A DNA stretch of 64,000 nucleotides, taken from positions 2,048,699 through 2,112,698 of the forward strand of contig OZ244213.1 of the NCBI GenBank assembly GCA_965216905.1. Direction: 5' to 3'. Shown here one piece after another: positions 28,277-37,700 of this stretch (position 1 is its first letter; every line of letters starts with the position of its first letter). The DNA comes from Acidimicrobiia bacterium. GTDB taxonomy: Bacteria; Actinomycetota; Acidimicrobiia; Spongiisociales; ZC4RG35. Made by a program: the position numbers and the translations under genes. The notes beneath the pieces were generated by a model. That model saw nothing but the letters and a program-made list of their open reading frames with translations, was not told where the DNA came from and did not search any database.

Positions 28277-29068
28277 ATGGTTGACCGATCCCCGTCGTTC
28301 CCGGTTCTCGAGGGCCAGCCACACGCCATTGCCCACCGCGGAAGCCGCACGATGTGGCCCGAGAACACCATGATGGCCTTCCACGGGGCGTACGACCTGG
28401 GCCTGCGTTGGATGGAGACCGATCTCCACCTCTCCGCGGACGGGGTGGTCGTGTGCATCCACGACGACACCCTGGATCGAACGACCGATGCGTCCGGTCC
28501 CGTCTCGGCGCGAACCTTTGCCGAACTGCGACGCATCGACGCCACCGCTCGCCACCGAGGTACCGGTGGTGACCGCGTCCCCGAAGGGATTCCGGCCTTC
28601 GAAGCGGCGGTCGAGGCGCTGGAAGGCACTCGATGGGTCGTGGATCTCAAGGAAGACGGCGTCGAGCGCCCGCTGGCCGAGTTGCTCGGCCGCCGGGGAT
28701 GGGAGGATCGGGTGATCGTGGGAAGCTTCAGTGATCGCCGCCTGCGTCTCTTCCGCCGCCTCACCGGTGGCCGGGTGGCGACGTCGACCGGGACCAGCGA
28801 GACGCTCGCGATGTGGGTGTGCGCCATTCGCGGTGCCGTCCCTCGCCTCCGTCCGGCCGCCGTCCAGGTCCCTCGGACACATTGGGGTTTGCCGGTGGTC
28901 ACCAAGCGATCTGCGGCCGCCTTTCGGGAGGCCGGCGCCCAGGTGCATGTCTGGACCGTCGACGACCCGGATGAGATGAGAATGCTGCTTGGATGGGGTG
29001 TGGAAGGCATCATCACGGACCGGCCGGATGTCGCCCGACGAGTCTTCGATGATCTGGGGCTCTGGTGA
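28277..29068 (+). CDS. Glycerophosphodiester phosphodiesterase
   Basis: AHRG, PENT, ETD, HD..LDRTT, VHVWTVD, GIITDRP. Confidence 0.92.
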   Translation: MVDRSPSFPVLEGQPHAIAHRGSRTMWPENTMMAFHGAYDLGLRWMETDLHLSADGVVVCIHDDTLDRTTDASGPVSARTFAELRRIDATARHRGTGGDRVPEGIPAFEAAVEALEGTRWVVDLKEDGVERPLAELLGRRGWEDRVIVGSFSDRRLRLFRRLTGGRVATSTGTSETLAMWVCAIRGAVPRLRPAAVQVPRTHWGLPVVTKRSAAAFREAGAQVHVWTVDDPDEMRMLLGWGVEGIITDRPDVARRVFDDLGLW

Positions 29069-29131
29069 CAGCCCGAACAACCGGTCGGCGTGCCAGGGTC
29101 GGTGTGCCAGGGCAGAACTCAGGGGGCAGGC

Positions 29132-29947
29132 TTGACGATCGATGATCTCGGAGGGGCGCTCGCCGGTTGGCCGGTGGAGCGGGTGTCGGCCTGTGTGACC
29201 GACCCGATGGCGGTTCTGGCCAGCGGCGGTGATCCGGTGTGGACGGTTCGGCTGGCATCGATCAGCAAGCTCCTGACGACGTATGCCGGACTGGTGGCGG
29301 TCGACCAAGGAATGATCTCTCTCGATGAGCCCGCCGGGGTGGCGACGGTTCGTCACCTGCTCGCCCACACGGCCGGGTACGACTTCGACACAGGGCGGAT
29401 GGTGGCAGAGCCGGGAGCCCGGCGGGTGTACTCAAATGTCGGGATCGAAGTGTTTGCGGATCATCTCGCCCATCGGGTCGGGATGTCGTTCGAGGACTTC
29501 TTCCAGCAAGCCGTGCTCGGTCCCCTCGGTATGACGCACACCGTGCTGGAGGGGTCGCCGTCACGGGGAGCGGTGAGTTGCGTCGCCGACTTGGCCCGAT
29601 TCGCCCAGGAGCTGCTGCTTCCCATGCTCATCTCGCCCGACACGCTGTCGGAGGCGACCAGCATCCAGTTTCCCGACCTGGCGGGCGTGCTGCCCGGCGT
29701 GGGCAGATTCGACCCGAATCCGTGGGGCCTCGGCTTCGAGATCAAGGGTCGCAAGTCTCCCCACTGGTCAGGGACCCGGACGTCGGCGGAGACGTTTGGG
29801 CACTTCGGGGGTTCCGGAACGTTCCTATGGGTCGATCCCACCGCAGGAATCGCCACCATCGCGCTCGCCGACCGTGAGTTCGACGAATGGGCGATGGCGA
29901 CCTGGCCGGCGTTCAGCGACGAGATGATCCGGCGCTACCGGCACTGA
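29132..29947 (+). CDS. Serine hydrolase, beta-lactamase class C family
   Basis: SxxK (ASISK), LLAHTAG, YSN, GHFG; start uncertain (29090-29132). Confidence 0.88.
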   Translation: MTIDDLGGALAGWPVERVSACVTDPMAVLASGGDPVWTVRLASISKLLTTYAGLVAVDQGMISLDEPAGVATVRHLLAHTAGYDFDTGRMVAEPGARRVYSNVGIEVFADHLAHRVGMSFEDFFQQAVLGPLGMTHTVLEGSPSRGAVSCVADLARFAQELLLPMLISPDTLSEATSIQFPDLAGVLPGVGRFDPNPWGLGFEIKGRKSPHWSGTRTSAETFGHFGGSGTFLWVDPTAGIATIALADREFDEWAMATWPAFSDEMIRRYRH

Positions 29948-29950
29948 TCG

Positions 29951-30544
29951 TTACGACAGCTGGGGTGCGAGTACCACCTCGTCGACGACCGCTCCCGCTT
30001 CGTCCAACGCCGTCAGTCGCAGCGCACCGCGTGCGGCACGCCATTCGACGAACGCCAATCCGGCGACGGGTCGGAGCGTGTACTCGGTGCCGTCGTCGGT
30101 GGTGCCGAGGATCTCGACGACCCGCGGCCCGGTCACCAGCGTCGTCGAGCGCCAGCCGTCTGCGTCGAACGACTCTCCCACCGGCTCCATCCCGACGACG
30201 ACCCGATCCGGTCCACACGTCCACCCGCCGTCGTCGTCCCGGAATCGGCCGGCGCACGAGACGATCAGGCCAGTGGAGTCCGCCTCGCGCCAGGAGTAGA
30301 AATCGACGCGGCCCGTGCCGCTGCCGACCGTCGCTCGATGAATCACCGATCCGGCTTGCGGTTCGATGTCGAGCCCCAAGGACACGAGCCGGGTCTCGGC
30401 CTCCCGGGTGTTTCCGGCACCGGCAACCATCGCAAAGCTGAAACGCTCTGGTCCTCGCCGCTCGCCTCCGACCGCCAGCCGATCGCAGGCGCTCATCGCG
30501 GTCACCGACACCGCGACCATGAAGACGACGGCGAGGTTTCTCAA
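29951..30544 (-). CDS. Hypothetical exported protein or lipoprotein
   Basis: TTGA overlap with leuD; hydrophobic N-terminus ending MSAC. Confidence 0.6.
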   Translation of the reverse strand: MRNLAVVFMVAVSVTAMSACDRLAVGGERRGPERFSFAMVAGAGNTREAETRLVSLGLDIEPQAGSVIHRATVGSGTGRVDFYSWREADSTGLIVSCAGRFRDDDGGWTCGPDRVVVGMEPVGESFDADGWRSTTLVTGPRVVEILGTTDDGTEYTLRPVAGLAFVEWRAARGALRLTALDEAGAVVDEVVLAPQLS

Positions 30545-31134
30545 CCCAGTGTGGGGCGGAAACGGGGCCGCTCGGCCTCGAACGAGTCGATGACCTTCTC
30601 GTGTTGGAGCGTGAGGCCGATGTCGTCAAGACCGTTCAGGAGTCGATGACGGGTGAAATCGTCCAGGCCGAAGGTGGCTTCGAACTCGGTCCCATGCGTG
30701 ACGGTACGAGCGAAGAGGTCGATGGTCACCTCGGCGCCCGGATCCTCCTCGGCCAGCTCCAGCAGCCACTCGACTTCCTTCTCGGCGAGCTCGACCGGGA
30801 GCAGACCGATCTTCGTGCAGTTGTTGGCGAAGATGTCGGCGAAACTGGGAGCGACGATCGCTTCGAATCCCCAGTCTTGGAGGCCCCACGGGGCATGCTC
30901 CCTCGACGAACCGGAGCCGAAGTTGGGTCCCGTGACGAGGATGCCGGCCTGTTGATACTCGGGGCGCTCCAGGACGAAGTCAGGGTCCTCGCGCCGCCAC
31001 CCGTCGAAGACGAACTGCCCGTACCCCGATCGTTCCACCCGCTTGAGGTGCTCTTTCGGCATGATCTGATCGGTGTCGACGTTCGACCGGCGGAGCGGCA
31101 TCAAGGAACGGCGGATGATCTGGACGGGTTTCAT
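30541..31134 (-). CDS. leuD: 3-isopropylmalate dehydratase small subunit
   Basis: NVDTDQI, NFGSGSSREHAPW, SFADIF, LLNGLDDIGLTL. Confidence 0.96.
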   Translation of the reverse strand: MKPVQIIRRSLMPLRRSNVDTDQIMPKEHLKRVERSGYGQFVFDGWRREDPDFVLERPEYQQAGILVTGPNFGSGSSREHAPWGLQDWGFEAIVAPSFADIFANNCTKIGLLPVELAEKEVEWLLELAEEDPGAEVTIDLFARTVTHGTEFEATFGLDDFTRHRLLNGLDDIGLTLQHEKVIDSFEAERPRFRPTLG

Positions 31135-31613
31135 GGCTGCTCCTCGAACCGGAACCTGGTCGGGCTGGTTGCGAACTTCGAAACGTCGAACGCGATGACC
31201 GTTTCCGGCGTGACCTCCCAGAGCTCGAGCGGTTCGTCGAAGTTCCACTCGTACTTGGAGGCGAGATTGTCGGTGATCGACTCGAAGACCTCCGTGGTGG
31301 GGGTCCGTCGGCGAGCGATTCCGCGAAATATCACCTGGACGTCGCCATCGGCGACGCCAACCTCGATCCGAGGCTGCGCGTCCAGGTTCCGGTACCAGCG
31401 CGCCGCGGGGTCACCGCCGACGAAGATCCGGTTGTGGGCGAAGGCGGCATGAATCGGGATGAGGTGCGGTGTTGGGCCGTTGGCGGTCGCCAGCCAGTAC
31501 AGGTGGGCTCGAGCCAGGACCCCTTCGATATCGGGCCAAGCCAGCAGTCCGACTTCGTCTTCATGGACGCCGTACCCGGACGGGATCTCGGGTCGGTCGG
31601 TGGAAGGGGTCAC
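31131..31613 (-). CDS. Pyridoxamine 5'-phosphate oxidase-like (split beta-barrel, FMN/F420-type) protein
   Basis: [14 protein letters not shown]...PH, RNL, PTRFRF; overlaps leuC and leuD. Confidence 0.8.
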   Translation of the reverse strand: MTPSTDRPEIPSGYGVHEDEVGLLAWPDIEGVLARAHLYWLATANGPTPHLIPIHAAFAHNRIFVGGDPAARWYRNLDAQPRIEVGVADGDVQVIFRGIARRRTPTTEVFESITDNLASKYEWNFDEPLELWEVTPETVIAFDVSKFATSPTRFRFEEQP

Positions 31614-33013
31614 GGCGCCCACGAGCGAACGTCCGTGAGCGCGCCGGTCACCGCCGCGGCGACGGCCATGGAGGGACTGAGCAGGTGGGTTCGTCCGCCG
31701 GGACCCTGTCGCCCCTCGAAGTTCCGGTTCGACGTCGAGGCACACCGCTCGCCCGGCGCCAGGATGTCCGGGTTCATCCCGAGACACATCGAGCAGCCGG
31801 CATCACGCCACTCGAAGCCGGCATCGATGAACACCCGATCCAGGCCTTCTGCCTCGGCCTGAAGCTTCACCAACCCTGACCCCGGCACGACCATCGCAGA
31901 GACGGACGGAGCGACCGTGTGTCCGTCGAGGAGTCGGGCGGCCTCTCTCAAGTCCTCGATCCGTGCGTTGGTGCAGGAGCCGATGAAGACCCGGTCGACG
32001 CGGATGTCACTCAGAGGCGTGCCGGGCTCGAGCGCCATGTAGTCGAGGGCTCGCCGAACCGAGTCCCGCTCGGCCGGATCGTCGAAGTCGTCCGGTGCCG
32101 GGATGGTCGCGGAGATCGGAAGCGTCTGTCCGGGGTTGGTTCCCCACGACACGTGCGGCTCGAGGGTCGTGGCGTCGATCGCCAACTCCGTGTCGAAGGT
32201 CGCTCCCGCGTCGGTCGGGAGCCGCTCCCACGCGCCGAGGGCGCGTTCCCATTCGCGACCGGACGGGGCGTAGGTCCGGCCTTCGAGGTATTCGTAGGTG
32301 GTGTCGTCCGGACCGATCATTCCGGCTCGGGCTCCGGCCTCGATCGACATGTTGCAGATCGTCATGCGACCTTCCATCGAAAGATTCTCGATGGTGGAAC
32401 CGCGATACTCGATGACGTGACCGGTGCCACCGGAGGCGGTGATGCGGGCGATGATTCCGAGGATGATGTCCTTGGCCGTGACCCCGAGCGGCAGGTCGCC
32501 GTCCACCGATATCGCCATCGTCCGTGGGTTGTGCTGCGGGAGCGTCTGGGTGGCGAGCACGTGCTCGACCTCCGAGGTGCCGATTCCGAATGCCAGGGCG
32601 CCGAACGCGCCATGCGTGGCGGTGTGGCTGTCCCCGCACACGATGGTCATCCCCGGCTGCGTCACCCCTTGCTCGGGACCGATGACATGGACGATGCCCT
32701 GGCGGGGGTCGTCGAGGCCGAACAACGTGATGCCGAACTCCCGGCAGTTGTCGACCAGGGCCTGGATCTGAGTTCTCGACATCGGGTCGGTGATACCCAA
32801 CTCCCGACCGGTGGTCGGGACGCCGTGATCGATGGTGGCGAGGGTGAGATCGGGTCGCCGCACCCGTCGTCCCGCCAGCCTGAGGCCGTCGAATGCCTGT
32901 GGAGACGTCACCTCGTGGACGAGATGCAGGTCGATGTAGAGCAACGCCGGCTCATCCGGGGCCTGTCGGACGACATGGTCGTTCCAGACCTTCTCGAACA
33001 GTGTCTGGGGCAT
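31610..33013 (-). CDS. leuC: 3-isopropylmalate dehydratase large subunit
   Basis: [41 protein letters not shown]. Confidence 0.97.
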   Translation of the reverse strand: MPQTLFEKVWNDHVVRQAPDEPALLYIDLHLVHEVTSPQAFDGLRLAGRRVRRPDLTLATIDHGVPTTGRELGITDPMSRTQIQALVDNCREFGITLFGLDDPRQGIVHVIGPEQGVTQPGMTIVCGDSHTATHGAFGALAFGIGTSEVEHVLATQTLPQHNPRTMAISVDGDLPLGVTAKDIILGIIARITASGGTGHVIEYRGSTIENLSMEGRMTICNMSIEAGARAGMIGPDDTTYEYLEGRTYAPSGREWERALGAWERLPTDAGATFDTELAIDATTLEPHVSWGTNPGQTLPISATIPAPDDFDDPAERDSVRRALDYMALEPGTPLSDIRVDRVFIGSCTNARIEDLREAARLLDGHTVAPSVSAMVVPGSGLVKLQAEAEGLDRVFIDAGFEWRDAGCSMCLGMNPDILAPGERCASTSNRNFEGRQGPGGRTHLLSPSMAVAAAVTGALTDVRSWAP

Positions 33014-33175
33014 GATGGGTGGGGTGGGTCGACTCGCACCGGTTCCCGGCGCCTGTCTGCAAGCGTAATCCCGGCGAGACCGCGGCGGTTCTGAGCAGTC
33101 GAGCGAATTGGCCGGCGGTCCGGCCGGTCGGCGGGGAGCCTCAACTTCGGGAGGGTCGCGCCCGATACTGTCAGG

Positions 33176-33682
33176 ATGATGGTTCCGGTGATGGCGTTCC
33201 TTCTCGGAGTGATGCTGGCCGCGCCCTTCGGTCAGGCGACGGCCGAGGCGTCGGTGGTCGATGCCCAGAACATCGAGGTGGCTTTGACGGTCGAAGCAGG
33301 TGAAGCGCAGACGGTCGTCGCCCGCATCATCGATCCGAGCGCCGACGAGGATGCGGTGCAGACCGTGGCGATGGCGACCCGGCCGGACGGTGTCTTCGGC
33401 GCCACGGTCGAGATCCGTCGATTCGACGCCGTGGTGGTCTTCGAGGTGGTGGAGACGGGGCAACAGTCGGTGCCCACCTCACTGAGCGCCATGGGTATCG
33501 ACTCCGGGGTGCTCGCAATGACCGACGCCCCGCCCGCGGACATCGTCATCGACGACGAAGCGGCCGGTCGACTGTGGCTTCCGCTTGGCCTCTTCCTGGC
33601 GGCGTTGGCCGCGCTGGCGGTGTGGTTTGGCCTCGGCCTCCGCGACGAAGACGTTTCGGTCACGTCGGACGGCGCTGCCTGA
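33176..33682 (+). CDS. Hypothetical exported protein with C-terminal TM anchor
   Basis: N-terminal signal, acidic domain, C-terminal hydrophobic helix. Confidence 0.6.
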   Translation: MMVPVMAFLLGVMLAAPFGQATAEASVVDAQNIEVALTVEAGEAQTVVARIIDPSADEDAVQTVAMATRPDGVFGATVEIRRFDAVVVFEVVETGQQSVPTSLSAMGIDSGVLAMTDAPPADIVIDDEAAGRLWLPLGLFLAALAALAVWFGLGLRDEDVSVTSDGAA

Positions 33683-34175
33683 CCTCCTCGACGGCGCCGA
33701 GCGCTGAACGGAGCTCGTCCAACCACTCGGCCGTATGCTCGCCGACGAGCCGGACGCACCATGCCAGTGCCTCGGACCGACTCCGGGCGACCCCTGCATC
33801 GATGAGCGTGTCCAGCACCCTCCGTTCCGGCATGCGAAGTCTGGTCATCGTCGGCGCCGCCAGGGTCGTGAACATGACTTCACTGCCGGCGCAGACGACT
33901 CCCCAGGAGACCTTGCGGCCGAAGGTGGCTTCGGCCGCCTTGGCAATGGCCACTCTCCGCCTCCGGGTGGTCTTACGGAAGTCGTCGACCCGGGATGCGA
34001 TCGCTTCGGTCCGGACGACGTCATTGGCGTCCTCCGGAAGAGCGGGGGGAGTGATCTCGCCGAGCACCAGGATCTCCTCGCGATCGATCTCGATCGTCGG
34101 CGGGCTCGCGAACCAGTCTTCGTCCAGCCGTCCGAGGAACCAACCGGTGATGGTGTCGTCTGTGGTGGCACTCAT
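33660..34175 (-). CDS. Conserved actinobacterial protein with a possible C-terminal ribbon-helix-helix DNA-binding segment
   Basis: DREEI, RKVSWG, MTRLRMPERRVLDTLIDAGVARSRSEALAWCV. Confidence 0.8.
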   Translation of the reverse strand: MSATTDDTITGWFLGRLDEDWFASPPTIEIDREEILVLGEITPPALPEDANDVVRTEAIASRVDDFRKTTRRRRVAIAKAAEATFGRKVSWGVVCAGSEVMFTTLAAPTMTRLRMPERRVLDTLIDAGVARSRSEALAWCVRLVGEHTAEWLDELRSALGAVEEVRQRRPT

Positions 34176-34244
34176 ACAGCAAGCGTAATCTCGAAATGAT
34201 AATTACGCAATTACAGCCGACCGAGCCCGTGAATCTCCCGGCCC

Positions 34245-34322
34245 CTCCAAGCTCCAGCCTCCAGACTCTTGGGCTCTCGGGCTCTCGGGCTGCGGGCCTT
34301 CGGGCTCCGGACTCTCGGGCTC
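34245..34322 (+). repeat. Degenerate 7-8 nt tandem repeat (CTCCAGN / CTCTCGGG)
   Basis: About 10 units in the intergenic region upstream of the SLH gene. Confidence 0.75.
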
Positions 34323-34387
34323 ACCGGAACCGCGCGTCCGACTTCGGCCAAACCTCCGCGATCAGGTCAACCTGAGAGGGAGACGAC

Positions 34388-36580
34388 ATGCGGGGGAAGT
34401 TGCGCATTCCGTCGGTGCTGCTCGTCGCGAGCGTGGCGGTGCTGACGCTGGCCGGCCCGGCGGCGGCCATCGGTTCATTCGGCGATGACGACGGAAACAT
34501 CCATGAGGGCGCGATCGAGGCGATCGCCGCAGCCGGCATCACCAAGGGGTGTAACCCTCCGGCCAACGACCGGTTCTGCCCCGACGATGGCGTCACCCGA
34601 GGTGCCATGGCTGCGTTCCTGGTCCGCGCACTCGGGCTCTCGGCGACCGGAACGGCAGATTTCTCCGACGACGACGAATCGATCTTCGAGGGGGACATCC
34701 AGCGGCTGGCGGCGGCCGGGATCACCAAGGGCTGCAACCCTCCGTCGAATACCCGCTTCTGTCCCGATGATCAGGTGACCCGCGGACAGATGGCCGCCTT
34801 CCTCCGGCGGGCCCTGTCCGATCGATTCCAGGTCGGAGCGGCCACCAAGGAGTTCGTCGACGACGATCAGAGCGTGTTCGAGGCCGACATCGAATGGTTG
34901 GGCGCAACCGGGATCACCAAGGGCTGCAATCCGCCCGACAACACTCGCTTCTGTCCCGATCAGCCGGTGACGAGGGCGGAGATGGCTACGTTCCTCATGC
35001 GCGGGCTGGGGCTGTCTCCCATCCCGGTCACCGAGGTCGGTGACCCCGACGACTCGGATATCGCACTCGTGTCCCGCTTTCATTCGTATCGCGATGCCGA
35101 CGACCCCTTCTGGGTTCGCGCCTCCGGCTACTGGCCCCGCAGCTTCTACTCGGGTGTCGACATCGATCTCGAGCCAGGAACTGACAACTGGCAGGTGGAC
35201 GAGGTCTCGGATCCCGGTGTGTACAAGGGATGGGACCTGCTGTCTCCGCCACATCACTGGGGCGCCGACCAGAAGGGTCCCGATGCCGATTGGTTCCAGT
35301 TCACGCTCACCCGTCCCGCCCGGGTGGGAGTGGTCTGGCGCGATGGCGGGAGTCTCCCGTCGTGGCTCCAGAGTGGATGGCAGGAAGGCCCGGGGGTGAC
35401 GATCGACGGCGACAACGCCCGGGTGTTCTTGAAGGACTTCGGAGCGGGCAAGGCGGCGTTGGGGACGGTGGAGGCTCCCCCCGGGGATTCTCGTCAGATG
35501 TACGTGGTGTTGCTCGCCGAAGCGGACGGGACGCCCACGCCGGCCCCGCCGGTACCCGCCGGAAAGACCTACCCGGTGCCAGGAGATGCATGCCCGGACT
35601 GGGTCCATGGCCGGCATGTCACGACGGGACCGGATGGCAAGACCTACCAGACCTGGCACTCCCAGATGGATCCGGTGTACTGGTGTGCGCTCGGCCATGA
35701 GCATGGCTCCGATCCGTCGATGATTCCCGGGAATCCGGAGATCGGATACGGATACATCGCCGACAAGGTCCCTCAGGTCGAGTCCGATCCCGGATTCAAG
35801 GAGTTCATCTTCCGGGACCTCACCGATCGATACTGGGTCCGGTTCATCACCCACGCCAACACCACCACACAGCGCCGAGCGTGCGTCGACAAGCACACCC
35901 TTCGCGTCATGGTGTACGACGATGGGGGGAACGAGCTCATGAACATCGGCTACAAGGCCGACTACGGCCGAGCGGTACGTGCCGACAACGATCAGCCCCT
36001 CAGCCCGACCAACTGTGGAGGGTCGCTCCCCGCCGCCGATGATGAACGCGAGCGCGAACTGAACGTGCGCGGTGACGATCATCACTACGAGACGTGGGAT
36101 TCCATGGAAGATTCGACGGTTACGCGGAACCTCGGGTTCTCGGTGTTCCGGCACGGATTCGATGTCCGGAACCCCGTTACGCAATGCGTCGACGCCACCT
36201 GCAACACGGTCGTGCGATTCTCCAAAGCGATCGACGATCGAGACCCGGTCTGGGAGAACGGCACGAAACGCACGATGGACATGGCCAGATGGGACGGTGC
36301 CATGACCTTCTCGACGTCGAATGCCCTGGGCACGGGTGAGTTCTTCACCGATCCCTATGGAACGAAATTGGTGAGTCCGAGCGCCGCCAACGCGACCCGG
36401 CAGTACGTCACCTTGCAAGCCTCTGCCGCCTCTTTCGCCCCCTCCCCCGGCGAGAACCGCGTGGTGTGCAAGGCGGTGGATCCGTGGACGTACCGGTACC
36501 GGTGCCAGTCGCTCGGCTCGGGCGAAGACCTTGGCCGCGTCCCGGACATGCAGATCATGTTCGGTCTGGACGAGAACTGA
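34388..36580 (+). CDS. Secreted protein with three SLH-like repeats and unknown C-terminal domains
   Basis: Signal peptide; 3x GITKGCNPP.N.RFCPD..VTR..MA.FL; WHSQ...CALGHEHGSDP. Confidence 0.88.
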   Translation: MRGKLRIPSVLLVASVAVLTLAGPAAAIGSFGDDDGNIHEGAIEAIAAAGITKGCNPPANDRFCPDDGVTRGAMAAFLVRALGLSATGTADFSDDDESIFEGDIQRLAAAGITKGCNPPSNTRFCPDDQVTRGQMAAFLRRALSDRFQVGAATKEFVDDDQSVFEADIEWLGATGITKGCNPPDNTRFCPDQPVTRAEMATFLMRGLGLSPIPVTEVGDPDDSDIALVSRFHSYRDADDPFWVRASGYWPRSFYSGVDIDLEPGTDNWQVDEVSDPGVYKGWDLLSPPHHWGADQKGPDADWFQFTLTRPARVGVVWRDGGSLPSWLQSGWQEGPGVTIDGDNARVFLKDFGAGKAALGTVEAPPGDSRQMYVVLLAEADGTPTPAPPVPAGKTYPVPGDACPDWVHGRHVTTGPDGKTYQTWHSQMDPVYWCALGHEHGSDPSMIPGNPEIGYGYIADKVPQVESDPGFKEFIFRDLTDRYWVRFITHANTTTQRRACVDKHTLRVMVYDDGGNELMNIGYKADYGRAVRADNDQPLSPTNCGGSLPAADDERERELNVRGDDHHYETWDSMEDSTVTRNLGFSVFRHGFDVRNPVTQCVDATCNTVVRFSKAIDDRDPVWENGTKRTMDMARWDGAMTFSTSNALGTGEFFTDPYGTKLVSPSAANATRQYVTLQASAASFAPSPGENRVVCKAVDPWTYRYRCQSLGSGEDLGRVPDMQIMFGLDEN

Positions 36581-36630
36581 TGTAACACGGTTTCACAGGT
36601 CCCATCCGAATCCGGTCTAGACCGGTGATC

Positions 36631-36748
36631 GGAAGGGAGGGACACGGGCCAGGGTCGTCGAGCGCCGTGCCGGTACGCGGCGGCCCTGGACACCGTGAAG
36701 GGTTCCTGCCGGGAGAGACCTCGAGAGCCCCCACTCTTTCTCTCCCGG
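36631..36748 (+). ncRNA. Candidate structured small RNA (or structured 3' UTR)
   Basis: Nested stems with G-U pairs favouring + strand; terminal hairpin CCGGGAGAGA/TCTCTCCCGG. Confidence 0.35.
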
Positions 36749-36755
36749 TGGGGCG

Positions 36756-37574
36756 TCAGGCGGTTTGCTTGCGGGCGCGCAACGCCCAGAAGGTGAGCGC
36801 GGCGGCCACGCCACCGGCGACGGCGGCACCCCCGATCACCGGGACGGGTTTGGGGAGGGTCGCCAGCCGGGTGCGCAAGGTGACCGGTCGTTGGAACTCG
36901 ACGATCAGCCAATCTCGCTCGAGCGCGACGTCGCGCAGCTCCTTGTCCGGGTTGACGGCCACCGGATGGCCGACGACCTCGAGCATCGGCACATCAGTGA
37001 TCGAGTCGGAGTATGCGTAGGAATCCTGCAACGAGATTCCATCGCGCTCGGCCAACTCGACCATCGCCTCGGCCTTCCCGGGACCGTACGCGTAGAACTC
37101 CAGCCGGCCCGTGTAGAGCCCATCCTCGTCGATCTCGGGCCGAGTGCCGATGATCTCGTCGATGCCGAGATACTTGCCCAGCGGGGCAACCACTTCGACG
37201 GGGCTCGACGAAATCACCACCACCCGTCGGTTGGCGCGTCGGTGTTCGTCGATGATGGCCAGCGCCTCGGCAAAGACCAGCGGAGAAACCACCTCGTCGA
37301 CGGTCTCCTCGACCAGCTGTTCGATCTCCAGCTTGCTCCACCCCTTGGTCATGTCGCCCAACTCCTCGCGCACGCGCTCGAGTTGATCGTGGTCGGCGCC
37401 GAACATCGAGTAGTACGCCTGGGCGATGCCGGCCTTGAGCAGCGACCGGCGTGACAGGATGCCCGCCTTGGAGAGTGGTCGGGCAAAGGCCAGCGTCGAT
37501 GACTTGGCGATGATCGTCTTGTCGAGGTCGAAGAACGCCGCCGCAGGCGGAGTCTCGGTGACGGGAACACCCAT
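36756..37574 (-). CDS. HAD-IB family hydrolase (Rv3661-like)
   Basis: FFDLDKT, ISSS, GK, AYSDSITD, AVNPD, C-terminal TM. Confidence 0.92.
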   Translation of the reverse strand: MGVPVTETPPAAAFFDLDKTIIAKSSTLAFARPLSKAGILSRRSLLKAGIAQAYYSMFGADHDQLERVREELGDMTKGWSKLEIEQLVEETVDEVVSPLVFAEALAIIDEHRRANRRVVVISSSPVEVVAPLGKYLGIDEIIGTRPEIDEDGLYTGRLEFYAYGPGKAEAMVELAERDGISLQDSYAYSDSITDVPMLEVVGHPVAVNPDKELRDVALERDWLIVEFQRPVTLRTRLATLPKPVPVIGGAAVAGGVAAALTFWALRARKQTA

Positions 37575-37700
37575 CTCAGCCCCATCTCCTGGGATTGTCC
37601 CCGGTCAGTGTACGACGTCGCTTCGTTTGCGTCATCGACCTTTGCATCGGCGCGGACAGACCTCTTCCCAAGGGGTCTCTTGGTCGATACGTTGCACGAC

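Noticed and set aside
33014-33175. Leucine attenuator upstream of leuC
   Set aside because: No Leu-codon-rich leader peptide or terminator found
37620-37660. c-di-GMP-I riboswitch (GCAAA / GACGCAAA on minus strand)
   Set aside because: No P2 stem with GNRA loop or receptor; the pairing pattern favours the + strand
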